Shown in pieces: positions 46,695 to 54,208 of a stretch of 58,860 nt of DNA. The DNA lies in IMG/VR virus record IMGVR_UViG_3300023181_000032, positions 1-58,860 of that record. The stretch is one strand, 5' to 3'. This DNA comes from a virus. Lineage: Duplodnaviria; Caudoviricetes. The first letter of the stretch is position 1. Each line of letters starts with the position of its first letter. Under the pieces are notes generated by a model, which worked only from the letters and a program-made list of their open reading frames with translations, made no database searches and was not told the origin of the DNA. A program made the position numbers and the translations under genes.

Positions 46695-47266
46695 GCCTCG
46701 ACCTCCTGACAATACGCATCACCGGCACCTCGCCGCTCATGATGCACAGCGACCGTCTGGCTAACCCGCTCAACCCGGCGACCAAAGCTCACAAAGAGCT
46801 GACCGGCAAGCGGAAGAAGACTGATGACGATCATCTGGCGATCGCCCGATCTGAATTTGTGGCTGGCGCCTATTACGACGAGAAGGCCGGTTTTTTTGTG
46901 CCAGGCCAGAATTTCGACGCAACTTTCCTTGCCGGAGCAAAACTGCAGAAGATGGGCACCCACTGGAAGCGAGGAGCCGTTGTGATGACGGATCGGGCAA
47001 AGCTTGTCTTTGACGGGCCATCTACCCCGGGCGAGTTGTGGGAGGATCAGCGATTCGTCGACTGTCGAGGCGTGAAAGTGGGGCAAGCCAAGATCATGCG
47101 TTACCGTCCAATCTTTCTCGATTGGGCAACCGAGATTGAGGTGGCAATCAATTCCGACGTACTCGACATCAATGAGGCAAAGAAAGCCATCACTGATGCA
47201 GGCAAGCTCATCGGCGTGTGTGAATACCGCCCCCGTTTTGGTCGATTCGAGGTTGCATATGTCTGA
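46691..47266 (+). CDS. Stand-alone RAMP/Cas7-like RNA-binding protein (Vipr-like)
   Basis: N-terminal strand IRITGTSPLMMH, internal F.VPG.N, and C-terminal G-rich loop AG..IGVCEYRPRFGRFEV; ATGA-coupled to ant; upstream of the pentamer array. Confidence 0.75.
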   Translation: MSLDLLTIRITGTSPLMMHSDRLANPLNPATKAHKELTGKRKKTDDDHLAIARSEFVAGAYYDEKAGFFVPGQNFDATFLAGAKLQKMGTHWKRGAVVMTDRAKLVFDGPSTPGELWEDQRFVDCRGVKVGQAKIMRYRPIFLDWATEIEVAINSDVLDINEAKKAITDAGKLIGVCEYRPRFGRFEVAYV

Positions 47267-47714
47267 CGTAACGAAATACCCGTCCTACAAGCAAGCTGTT
47301 GACGACTTTCTCTCTGAGTTCAAATACGGCGACATGGTCAGCCACCAGTGGCTGGAAAATCGCTTCGGCATGCCGTCGCTACTCGACACCAAGACAATGA
47401 CTTCAGATCAGTTTCGCGATCGGCAATTCGAGTGGCTGGCCAACGTAGAGTCGTTTAAGAACGAATTGCTTCGCAGCCACCAAGTCTGCCTACAGTCAGT
47501 GCGTGGGCGTGGTTATCGCTGGGTGCCGCCGCATGAACAGACCGGCATCGCGGTCGAGGAATTTGATCGAAATGTCAGAAAGGTTTTCCGAAACACGGGT
47601 CAGAAACTCCGCAATCTGCGGATTACTGAGTTGACCGATGATCAGCGCCGGGAGAATCTGGACACCGTAGCGAAGTTCTCAGCGCTACGCGGTATGACCA
47701 AAGGACTGCATTAA
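47259..47714 (+). CDS. Accessory protein with winged-helix-like motif
   Basis: MSDVTKYP..., 151 aa, overlaps the RAMP stop; LQSVRGRGYRWV resembles a wHTH wing. Confidence 0.7.
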   Translation: MSDVTKYPSYKQAVDDFLSEFKYGDMVSHQWLENRFGMPSLLDTKTMTSDQFRDRQFEWLANVESFKNELLRSHQVCLQSVRGRGYRWVPPHEQTGIAVEEFDRNVRKVFRNTGQKLRNLRITELTDDQRRENLDTVAKFSALRGMTKGLH

Positions 47715-47715
47715 C

Positions 47716-48065
47716 CAGCGTAGAGCGCATCCGAAGGGGTGCGCTGTGCGGCGCGAAAGCATCATGCGGTGCGGCATGTTTCGGTGGGCTGAGATCCGGC
47801 ATGGCTGGGCCTGGCGTGGCAAGTCATGGGCTGAAAACAGCGTTCAGCCACTTCCCCCGAGGTGGCTGAGCGATGTGAAGGCATCGCGGGGCGTGGCAGG
47901 CTTAGGTGCGCTGTGGCGTGGCAAGTCTCGGTCCGGCATGGGCTGATAACAGCGTACTGGGTTTTCTTGCGAGAACCCAGTGCGGTGCGGAAGCATCGTT
48001 TGGTCTGCCATGTTGCGGCGTGATATGCCGGGGCTAGGTACGCTTCGATATGGGCTGTAAACAGC
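47716..48065 (+). ncRNA. Array of three structured guide-like RNAs with NN-G(G)Y pentamer tracts (vrRNA-like)
   Basis: Units start at 47719, 47841 and 47953. Each has a 14-bp hairpin, a GCATC tetraloop hairpin, 12/10/10 NN-GNY pentamers, then ATGG-GCTG-NNAA-CAGC. Confidence 0.85.
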
Positions 48066-48100
48066 ACAAAATACCCCGCCTCGGTGGGGGTTTTTTGTGC
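48064..48100 (+). terminator. Terminator closing the array
   Basis: gcacaaaataccccgcc-tc-ggtgggggttttttgtgc. Confidence 0.8.
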
Positions 48101-48113
48101 CTGCAATTACCCC

Positions 48114-48141
48114 TTCCTAAGCAGAGCCAGTCACATACGCT
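48114..48141 (+). promoter_or_regulatory. CAGTCACA-type promoter (fibre operon)
   Basis: TTCCTA-agcagagcCAGTCACA-TACGCT. Confidence 0.65.
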
Positions 48142-48165
48142 AACTGGAAATCGCAGGAGATTTCC

Positions 48166-48771
48166 ATGGGCGGCAATACTTTCGACATCGAAATTCAGAG
48201 AGGTCGAACTTTTGAGTTTGCGTATCGCCGTGCAGATATGCAGATCAACTACGCGCCTATTTCCGGAATGCCGAGCACGACACCTGTACGGCTGACTGCG
48301 CCAAATCACGGCATCCCGGATGGCTGGCGTGTTGGCGTAGAAAAAGTAATTCGTCCAGAAGAGCTCAACACCTCAAGCGGCGACTATTACATCGCCACAT
48401 TTATCGACGCCAATACCATCGAGCTGAATGGCGTACGAACAGATGACTGGAGGCCATTCGTTACCAGTGGCGCGCTGTACTTCAATCGCCCATTCGACCT
48501 AACCGGTTGCTCGGCGAGAATGCAGGTTAGGCGCACCCTCGACGGGCCAGTCCTGCTTAGCCTCAGCTCTGACCCTCAAGCAGTAAGGGATGGTGAAATC
48601 GAGCTGGATGTATCCCTGTCTTCGATAATTGTCCGTCTGTCCGCAGCAGCTACAGCTGCCATTACCTGGACGCGGGCCGTATACGACATAGAGCTAATCA
48701 CGGCTGAGGGGCATGTTCAGTCCGTTACGCCTGTCAGTGCCGTGTCAATCCTGCCGGAGGTGACACGATGA
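48166..48771 (+). CDS. Virion/tail accessory protein
   Basis: IQRGRTF, DLTGCSARMQVR and YDIEL motifs (BppU-N-like). Confidence 0.65.
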   Translation: MGGNTFDIEIQRGRTFEFAYRRADMQINYAPISGMPSTTPVRLTAPNHGIPDGWRVGVEKVIRPEELNTSSGDYYIATFIDANTIELNGVRTDDWRPFVTSGALYFNRPFDLTGCSARMQVRRTLDGPVLLSLSSDPQAVRDGEIELDVSLSSIIVRLSAAATAAITWTRAVYDIELITAEGHVQSVTPVSAVSILPEVTR

Positions 48772-49241
48772 ATTCGGCTTTCTCCATCCAGGGTGCCGAA
48801 GGATTCTGCGGGTCCTGCCGGAATGAATCTGGCGCATTCACCATCATGGTCGGACAGCGAGGTGCGCAGGGCAGACCAGGCACAGATGCTGGCGATGATG
48901 TTCAGACGGTCATCCGCACGGCCGGCGAGACTGTTAGCGCGCTGCGGATCGTCTTCGAAAGCCAGCTGCTAGCCCACCCTGTCAATCCAGCCACCAGTTC
49001 GGTATTCCAGGCTCTCGGCCTAACTCTCACCGCAGGCTCTACCGGATCAGCGCTGACCATCCAGACGCAGGGCTTCGTCGACGACGCGGGCTGGTCGTGG
49101 GCGGAAGGTCATGTCTGGTGCGGACCAAACGGCACTCTCACACAAACCCCGCCGACCTCCGGCTGGGATTTCATCATCGGCTTCGCCACCAGCGCGACAC
49201 GCCTTTACATCGACCTCAATGAGCCGGTTTTACTGGCGTAG
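48768..49241 (+). CDS. Virion accessory protein
   Basis: Short G-X-Y stretch; G.LTQTPP motif. Confidence 0.6.
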   Translation: MNSAFSIQGAEGFCGSCRNESGAFTIMVGQRGAQGRPGTDAGDDVQTVIRTAGETVSALRIVFESQLLAHPVNPATSSVFQALGLTLTAGSTGSALTIQTQGFVDDAGWSWAEGHVWCGPNGTLTQTPPTSGWDFIIGFATSATRLYIDLNEPVLLA

Positions 49242-49250
49242 GAGCATATC

Positions 49251-49766
49251 GTGGTAGACAAAGTTCTTCGCCGGGTAGCCGGGCAGACAATCCAGTACAC
49301 GCCAGTCGTCGCCTCTGCAGGCGCTGCGGACGGTGGCAAATTTGTTGCGCTCGGGCCGGACGGCAAGCTCGACTCGTCCGTCTACAACGCAGGCACTGGC
49401 GTCAGCACCCGCCCGATTGTGGCAAGCGAGGCGATCGGTGCGGGCAAGTTCGTCAACGAATACCTGAATGCCGGCGCGCTTAACATCCGTCTGGCTGACA
49501 ACTCGAACGGACGCCCGGCGCATGGTTTCGTTATCGCAGCGGTTGCCTCTGCGGGTACAGGCGCCGTGTACGACCTGGATGCAGTGAACAGCGGTCTTTC
49601 CGGTCTGACTATCGGCAGCGACTATTTCCTCGGCACTGCAGGCGGCGTAATAACCCCCGCGCTGGACGCCACCACTGCCGCTACAGGCGCTATCGACCAG
49701 AAGCTGGGAAAAGCCCTCAGCGTCACTGAGTTGAAGACTCAGGACTTCGACTACGTGGTGTTGTAA
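49251..49766 (+). CDS. Virion accessory protein
   Basis: ASEAIGAG.FVN; GLTIGSDYFL. Confidence 0.6.
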   Translation: MVDKVLRRVAGQTIQYTPVVASAGAADGGKFVALGPDGKLDSSVYNAGTGVSTRPIVASEAIGAGKFVNEYLNAGALNIRLADNSNGRPAHGFVIAAVASAGTGAVYDLDAVNSGLSGLTIGSDYFLGTAGGVITPALDATTAATGAIDQKLGKALSVTELKTQDFDYVVL

Positions 49767-51031
49767 TGGTCGGCCGCCTGCCGGTCGTTCGCAAGGACGG
49801 TCAGAACGTCCAGATTCCGCCGGGGGATGCACTCCGGCTGCGTGGCGACTTGGTATTCGCTCCACGGGTATCGGTGAACGTTACGGAGCTGACCGACCTG
49901 AGCGCCGTAGCCTCCAATCTGGTGACGCTCGGCTCCACCGGTACTGTTTCAAGCTTCGGCACGGGGATCATTGGCGACGTCAAGTATGTTCTTGCGGCGC
50001 TTGACGGGATCATAATCGTTCGAGACGGCAATCAGATCGAAGTGCCGAGCAAGGCGAGCATCACGCTCGCGGCAGGAGATTTTTTCATTGCCGAGTGCAT
50101 CGCGGCCGGCTCATGGCGCGTACGCGACTTCCAGCGCGCCGACGGAAAGGCGTTAGCGGCAACGCCCACTCCCGACCCGACGAAACTTCCGTTGGCTGGC
50201 GGAAAAATGACGGGCGCAATCAACGAAGCCGTCCCAGTAAGCATGGCGCTCGGTGTCGAGATCGCCAATGGCGTACAAATCACCAATGCCGCGTCGAACA
50301 CCGTATTCATCACAGACACCGGAACGCTGACCTTTTTGGGTAGCGGCACGCCCGGCACCACCCGCGAGGTCGAATTCACAACGTCGGTAACGCTGCAGAA
50401 CACTTCCCGCATCATTCTTCCAGGTCTCGCCAACATCACGACGCAGGCCGGCGACACGGCCAAGTTCCGTAACGTGGGCGAGGGCAACATCTGGAAGTGT
50501 GTCTGGTATGCGCGTCAGGATGGAACGCCGGTCATTACGCCATCCGACTCTAACAAGGTAAGCACTTCGGCAGTCGGCGCAGCAAACGGCGTTGCACCTC
50601 TCGGCGCTGACAGCAAGGTCCCAGCTGCATACCTGCCAACCGGCAACGTCTTCCGCATCGAAAACATCGCGGCCACTTCCGTTGGCCAGACTTCGTTCGC
50701 CATACCGAACGGCTACACCGCCGGCGCAATTATCCCTTTCTTCAAAGGCCCCGTTCTCGCCCCGGCTGACTACACGGCAACCGATGGCGCAAACGTTGTG
50801 CTTGCAGTCGGTGCTGATGCGATAGGGGATGTTCTGACAGTCGTCGTCCTCGGCGCACTCAGGGCTCAAGACGACGCACTTCTCCAGTACACGGTCGCAG
50901 GTCTTCCCGCAGCATCCGCAAACCTCGCCAAGCAACTCTGGTGCACGAACATGGCCGGTGGAGCAGGGGTGGTAGTAAGCAACGGCACGAACTGGGTACG
51001 TGTCGCCGACAACACGATAGTGACGGTGTGA
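49766..51031 (+). CDS. Tail fibre-like protein
   Basis: LPLAGGKMTG, GVAPLGADSKVP and internal duplicated domains. Confidence 0.7.
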   Translation: MVGRLPVVRKDGQNVQIPPGDALRLRGDLVFAPRVSVNVTELTDLSAVASNLVTLGSTGTVSSFGTGIIGDVKYVLAALDGIIIVRDGNQIEVPSKASITLAAGDFFIAECIAAGSWRVRDFQRADGKALAATPTPDPTKLPLAGGKMTGAINEAVPVSMALGVEIANGVQITNAASNTVFITDTGTLTFLGSGTPGTTREVEFTTSVTLQNTSRIILPGLANITTQAGDTAKFRNVGEGNIWKCVWYARQDGTPVITPSDSNKVSTSAVGAANGVAPLGADSKVPAAYLPTGNVFRIENIAATSVGQTSFAIPNGYTAGAIIPFFKGPVLAPADYTATDGANVVLAVGADAIGDVLTVVVLGALRAQDDALLQYTVAGLPAASANLAKQLWCTNMAGGAGVVVSNGTNWVRVADNTIVTV

Positions 51032-51032
51032 T

Positions 51033-51743
51033 ATGGCCTATAACGTAAACGACGCGAGGATTGTCGGGCTCAAGCTCAGTGTTTTGGCTGACGGCGTGAC
51101 GGTTGGTCTTTCGCCGGGCGCTGCGTACATTCCGAACCAAGGCCGCGCGCTTTCGCAGAACGACATGAGCTTGGTGATCTCCGGCGTGACGAGCGCATGG
51201 CGGCACTTCTACATCGCCAACGATGACGGCGTGCTTAAGTTCGAGGCCTCGGCCACCGCGCCAGCCGATCCGTACCAGGGCACGGCGCGCACGAAATCGA
51301 ATGACCCGACGCGCCGATATCTGGGCTCGCTCTACTTCAACGCAAGCGGCGTGACGCTGGCCTTCCTGCACAGTCAGGTCGGCGACCGGGCGAACCGGAT
51401 CAGCTTCGTCCCACCGGGCGGCGCTGCAATCTCCCAGTCGCGCCTGCTCAACGTCGCAACGGGCACGGCCCCAACTCTGGTTGACGCATCCACCGTCGTT
51501 CCGATGACCTGCCGCCTGATGTACACGCTGATCGACAACACATCGACCAGCGATGCCTACCTCGGCACTCCGGACAACGGAACCCTGTCCACGACCAACT
51601 TCCTTCTGTTCGTCAAAGCGAATCAGGCAGGCCAGTACGACGTCGAGGTCAACGGCAACCAGCTGCTCAACTACTTCCTCAACGGGCTCATTACCCTCGG
51701 CGGCCTGACGATTCGGGTTCGCGGCTATCTCTTCGACAGGTGA
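51033..51743 (+). CDS. Tail fibre/spike-associated protein
   Basis: Beta-rich; RRYLGS motif. Confidence 0.6.
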   Translation: MAYNVNDARIVGLKLSVLADGVTVGLSPGAAYIPNQGRALSQNDMSLVISGVTSAWRHFYIANDDGVLKFEASATAPADPYQGTARTKSNDPTRRYLGSLYFNASGVTLAFLHSQVGDRANRISFVPPGGAAISQSRLLNVATGTAPTLVDASTVVPMTCRLMYTLIDNTSTSDAYLGTPDNGTLSTTNFLLFVKANQAGQYDVEVNGNQLLNYFLNGLITLGGLTIRVRGYLFDR

Positions 51744-51746
51744 TTT

Positions 51747-52484
51747 ATGACGGCTAACAGAGACCTTGGAAAGCTGGTCCCGCTGCCGAGTGTGGCGGGG
51801 CAGTTTGTATGGGATCAGGTTACATCTGCTTGGGTGCAGGTTACGAAGGCGATGGTCGGTTTACCGCTGGCGGATAACACGGCCGACAACGCAAAGCCGG
51901 TAAGCGGCCCGCAACTGACAGCGCTAAACCTCAAAGCTCCCATTGCTAGCCCGGCGTTGACTGGTGTCGTTTCGGTAGGTCCAGATTCCCCGTTGGCGAT
52001 ATCTGGAGGGCTTGGCGGTTCAATCAAGCACAACAAAACTGCAGCAGGCGGGCAGTTTGATATCGATGATGTGCCATTCACAAACACCGATCCAGCGCAA
52101 TTCAGATTTCACCGAAACACCAGCACTAGCGGCAGCGTGACCGTCACCTATTATCGGGGCAACGCATCAACAAACGCCGATCACATCTTTATTTCCGCTG
52201 GAACAAACGCCGCGACTACCTCCGAAGCCAGACTTTGTATAGGGGCTGGCAAGGCTGTTGTAGGCGCAGGGGCTGTGGATGCTACTGCAACTCTGTTGGT
52301 GTCCGGCGCATTAAAGTCTTCGGGGCCTGCATTTTTAGGGCAATACACCCTGACCACCCTGCCTTCCGCATCAACTTTCAGCGGCTACTACATCACTGTG
52401 ACGAACGCGACTGGCGGGGCGAAGCTCTGCTATTCCAACGGCACCAACTGGCTCATCGCCAACACCACAACGATAGTGAGCTGA
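51747..52484 (+). CDS. Tail fibre-like protein
   Basis: VGL..ADNTAD..KPVS...LKAPIASPALTG fibre motif. Confidence 0.7.
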   Translation: MTANRDLGKLVPLPSVAGQFVWDQVTSAWVQVTKAMVGLPLADNTADNAKPVSGPQLTALNLKAPIASPALTGVVSVGPDSPLAISGGLGGSIKHNKTAAGGQFDIDDVPFTNTDPAQFRFHRNTSTSGSVTVTYYRGNASTNADHIFISAGTNAATTSEARLCIGAGKAVVGAGAVDATATLLVSGALKSSGPAFLGQYTLTTLPSASTFSGYYITVTNATGGAKLCYSNGTNWLIANTTTIVS

Positions 52485-52488
52485 TCCT

Positions 52489-53016
52489 ATGCCTACATTT
52501 GAAGAAAAGACTTTCCCCTACGAGCTATTGCTACGTTTCGGCAGCACCGATGACACGAAGGGCAAGCTGTCCGGGGCCAATCTGAAGTACGAAACCTACG
52601 TCTATCGAGACGGCGTTTTTTGGCAGAGCGCCATCAGCGAGCCGCAACAGCTTGCCTTGGTAGACGTTGAGACCGGGGAACTACTGAGCGACGTACTTGG
52701 TGAAATCAATGCGCAGACCATCGTCGACAACCAAGCACTCGCGGCAAGCCTCGATGCCGAGCAGGCGAACACAGCGACACTAACCGAGCAACTGAACGCC
52801 GCGCAGGCCGAGATTCAGCGCCTGACCGATCTGCTCGCCGCAGACGCGGCGACGCCTGTAGCCACAGAAGCGCCCGACGGATTCCAACTCCAGACCCTTT
52901 CCGGGATATCTGCCGAAGTGGCTACGCCTGAGTCGCTAGGTATTTCAGATTTCAGCAGCTACAGAGCAAACCCGGAAGATTCGATTCCGGCACCAGTTGA
53001 CACAGGCACCGCATAA
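52489..53016 (+). CDS. Fibre-associated hypothetical protein
   Basis: PYELLLRF N-terminus; coiled coil. Confidence 0.6.
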   Translation: MPTFEEKTFPYELLLRFGSTDDTKGKLSGANLKYETYVYRDGVFWQSAISEPQQLALVDVETGELLSDVLGEINAQTIVDNQALAASLDAEQANTATLTEQLNAAQAEIQRLTDLLAADAATPVATEAPDGFQLQTLSGISAEVATPESLGISDFSSYRANPEDSIPAPVDTGTA

Positions 53017-53019
53017 CAC

Positions 53020-53047
53020 TGGACGCCACCATCCAGTCACAGAGCCT
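53020..53047 (+). promoter_or_regulatory. CAGTCACA-type promoter (lysin)
   Basis: TGGACG-ccaccatcCAGTCACA-GAGCCT. Confidence 0.55.
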
Positions 53048-53065
53048 GCATATACGGGAACACCC

Positions 53066-53087
53066 AGCCCGCATTTGCGGGTTTTTT
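53066..53087 (+). terminator. Intrinsic terminator-like hairpin before the lysin
   Basis: cccgca-tt-tgcggg followed by a T-run. Confidence 0.6.
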
Positions 53088-53102
53088 ATTGGAGAAAATT
53101 TG

Positions 53103-53621
53103 ATGACCGGATTCGATCTGGCGTTTGAAAGAGTCGTTGGGCACGAAGGCGGCTATGGCGCTGATCCTCAGGACCGTGGCAACTGGACGACTGGCGTGAT
53201 CGGGCAGGGCGCGCTTCGTGGGACCAAGTTCGGGATCTCGGCGATGAGCTATCCCGACCTCGACATCAAGAACCTGACGCTTGATCAGGCCAAGACGATC
53301 TACAAGCGCGACTTCTGGGACCGCGCTAAGGCTGACCAGTACGATCCGGCAGTGGCGTATCAGCTGTTCGACATCGCTGTGAACAACGGCAACGGTAATG
53401 CCATCCGCATGCTTCAGCGCGCGGCGAGCGTCCTCGATGACGGTCAGATCGGCCCGCTGTCGATTGCTGCCGTCAAGGCGATGACCGTCACTGACGTGAT
53501 CATGCGCTTGAATGCCGAGCGGATACTGTTCGTGACAAAGCTGTCCACATTCGCCACTTACGGCAAGGGCTGGATGAACCGAGTAGCCGGCAACCTTCAA
53601 TACGGGGCGGTGGACGCATGA
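53103..53621 (+). CDS. Endolysin, glycoside hydrolase family 108
   Basis: HEGGY..DPQDRG, TKFGIS, DGQIGP, GWMNR. Confidence 0.92.
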   Translation: MTGFDLAFERVVGHEGGYGADPQDRGNWTTGVIGQGALRGTKFGISAMSYPDLDIKNLTLDQAKTIYKRDFWDRAKADQYDPAVAYQLFDIAVNNGNGNAIRMLQRAASVLDDGQIGPLSIAAVKAMTVTDVIMRLNAERILFVTKLSTFATYGKGWMNRVAGNLQYGAVDA

Positions 53622-54208
53622 ACTGGTCAGACATCGGCAGGGTGATCGGCGCTGCGGCTCCGACAGTGGGAACATTGCTCGGCGGGCCAGCGGGCGCGGC
53701 GGTTGGCGCGCTGGTGTCGAGCGCACTGGGCGTGTCGAACGATCCGGACGCGGTAAATGCGGCGCTGGCCGCAAACCCGGACGCGATGGTGCGGATTCAG
53801 GAATTGCAGACCAACGCCAAGGTTCAGCTCCAGCAGTTGGCCGTGACCGCTGAGGCTAACCGGTTACAGGCGGAAGGGGCGCAGTACGCCGCAGAGGCCG
53901 CAGACCGGGATAGCGCTCGAAAGCTGGCGGGTCAGCAGCCGCGCGACCTAATTCGCCCCGCGATCACTATCATCATGCTGCTGGGCTCGCTGTTCATCGT
54001 GGTGGCCATGATGACCGGCTGGGCCATGGATGTGATCACCAACACAACGGCGGCCCTGACTGTCGGTTCCGTGATGACGACCTGGTTCATGATGACCAAA
54101 GAGGTGATGGGCTTCTATTTTGGCATGACCAAGGAATCGCAGAAGCAGACTGCCGCGATTACAGAGTTTGCCGTAACGCCCGGCACTGTTAAGGGGCCGG
54201 ACAAGTAA
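53618..54208 (+). CDS. Holin-like membrane protein
   Basis: APTVGTLLGGPAG, DRDSAR, two C-terminal TMs, GFYFG. Confidence 0.7.
   Translation: MNWSDIGRVIGAAAPTVGTLLGGPAGAAVGALVSSALGVSNDPDAVNAALAANPDAMVRIQELQTNAKVQLQQLAVTAEANRLQAEGAQYAAEAADRDSARKLAGQQPRDLIRPAITIIMLLGSLFIVVAMMTGWAMDVITNTTAALTVGSVMTTWFMMTKEVMGFYFGMTKESQKQTAAITEFAVTPGTVKGPDK

Noticed and set aside
47766-48049. Reading the NN strings as codon prefixes to name target proteins (e.g. unit 2 as G-V-S/R-Y-A-V-V)
   Set aside because: Almost any dinucleotide string yields a plausible peptide, so this is not evidence without a database match.
47716-48065. Canonical CRISPR array
   Set aside because: There are no identical 25-40-nt repeats with contiguous unique spacers and no cas1/cas2. 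Conservation is structural and 5-nt periodic.
47746-48106. ORFs 47746..47946(+) and 47762..48106(-) over the array
   Set aside because: They lack an RBS and give low-complexity products. The 5-nt periodicity and sequence-variable paired stems are better explained by RNA function.
48166-53016. Diversity-generating retroelement or invertible fibre cassette
   Set aside because: No reverse transcriptase, no TR/VR nucleotide repeat pair and no invertase seen.
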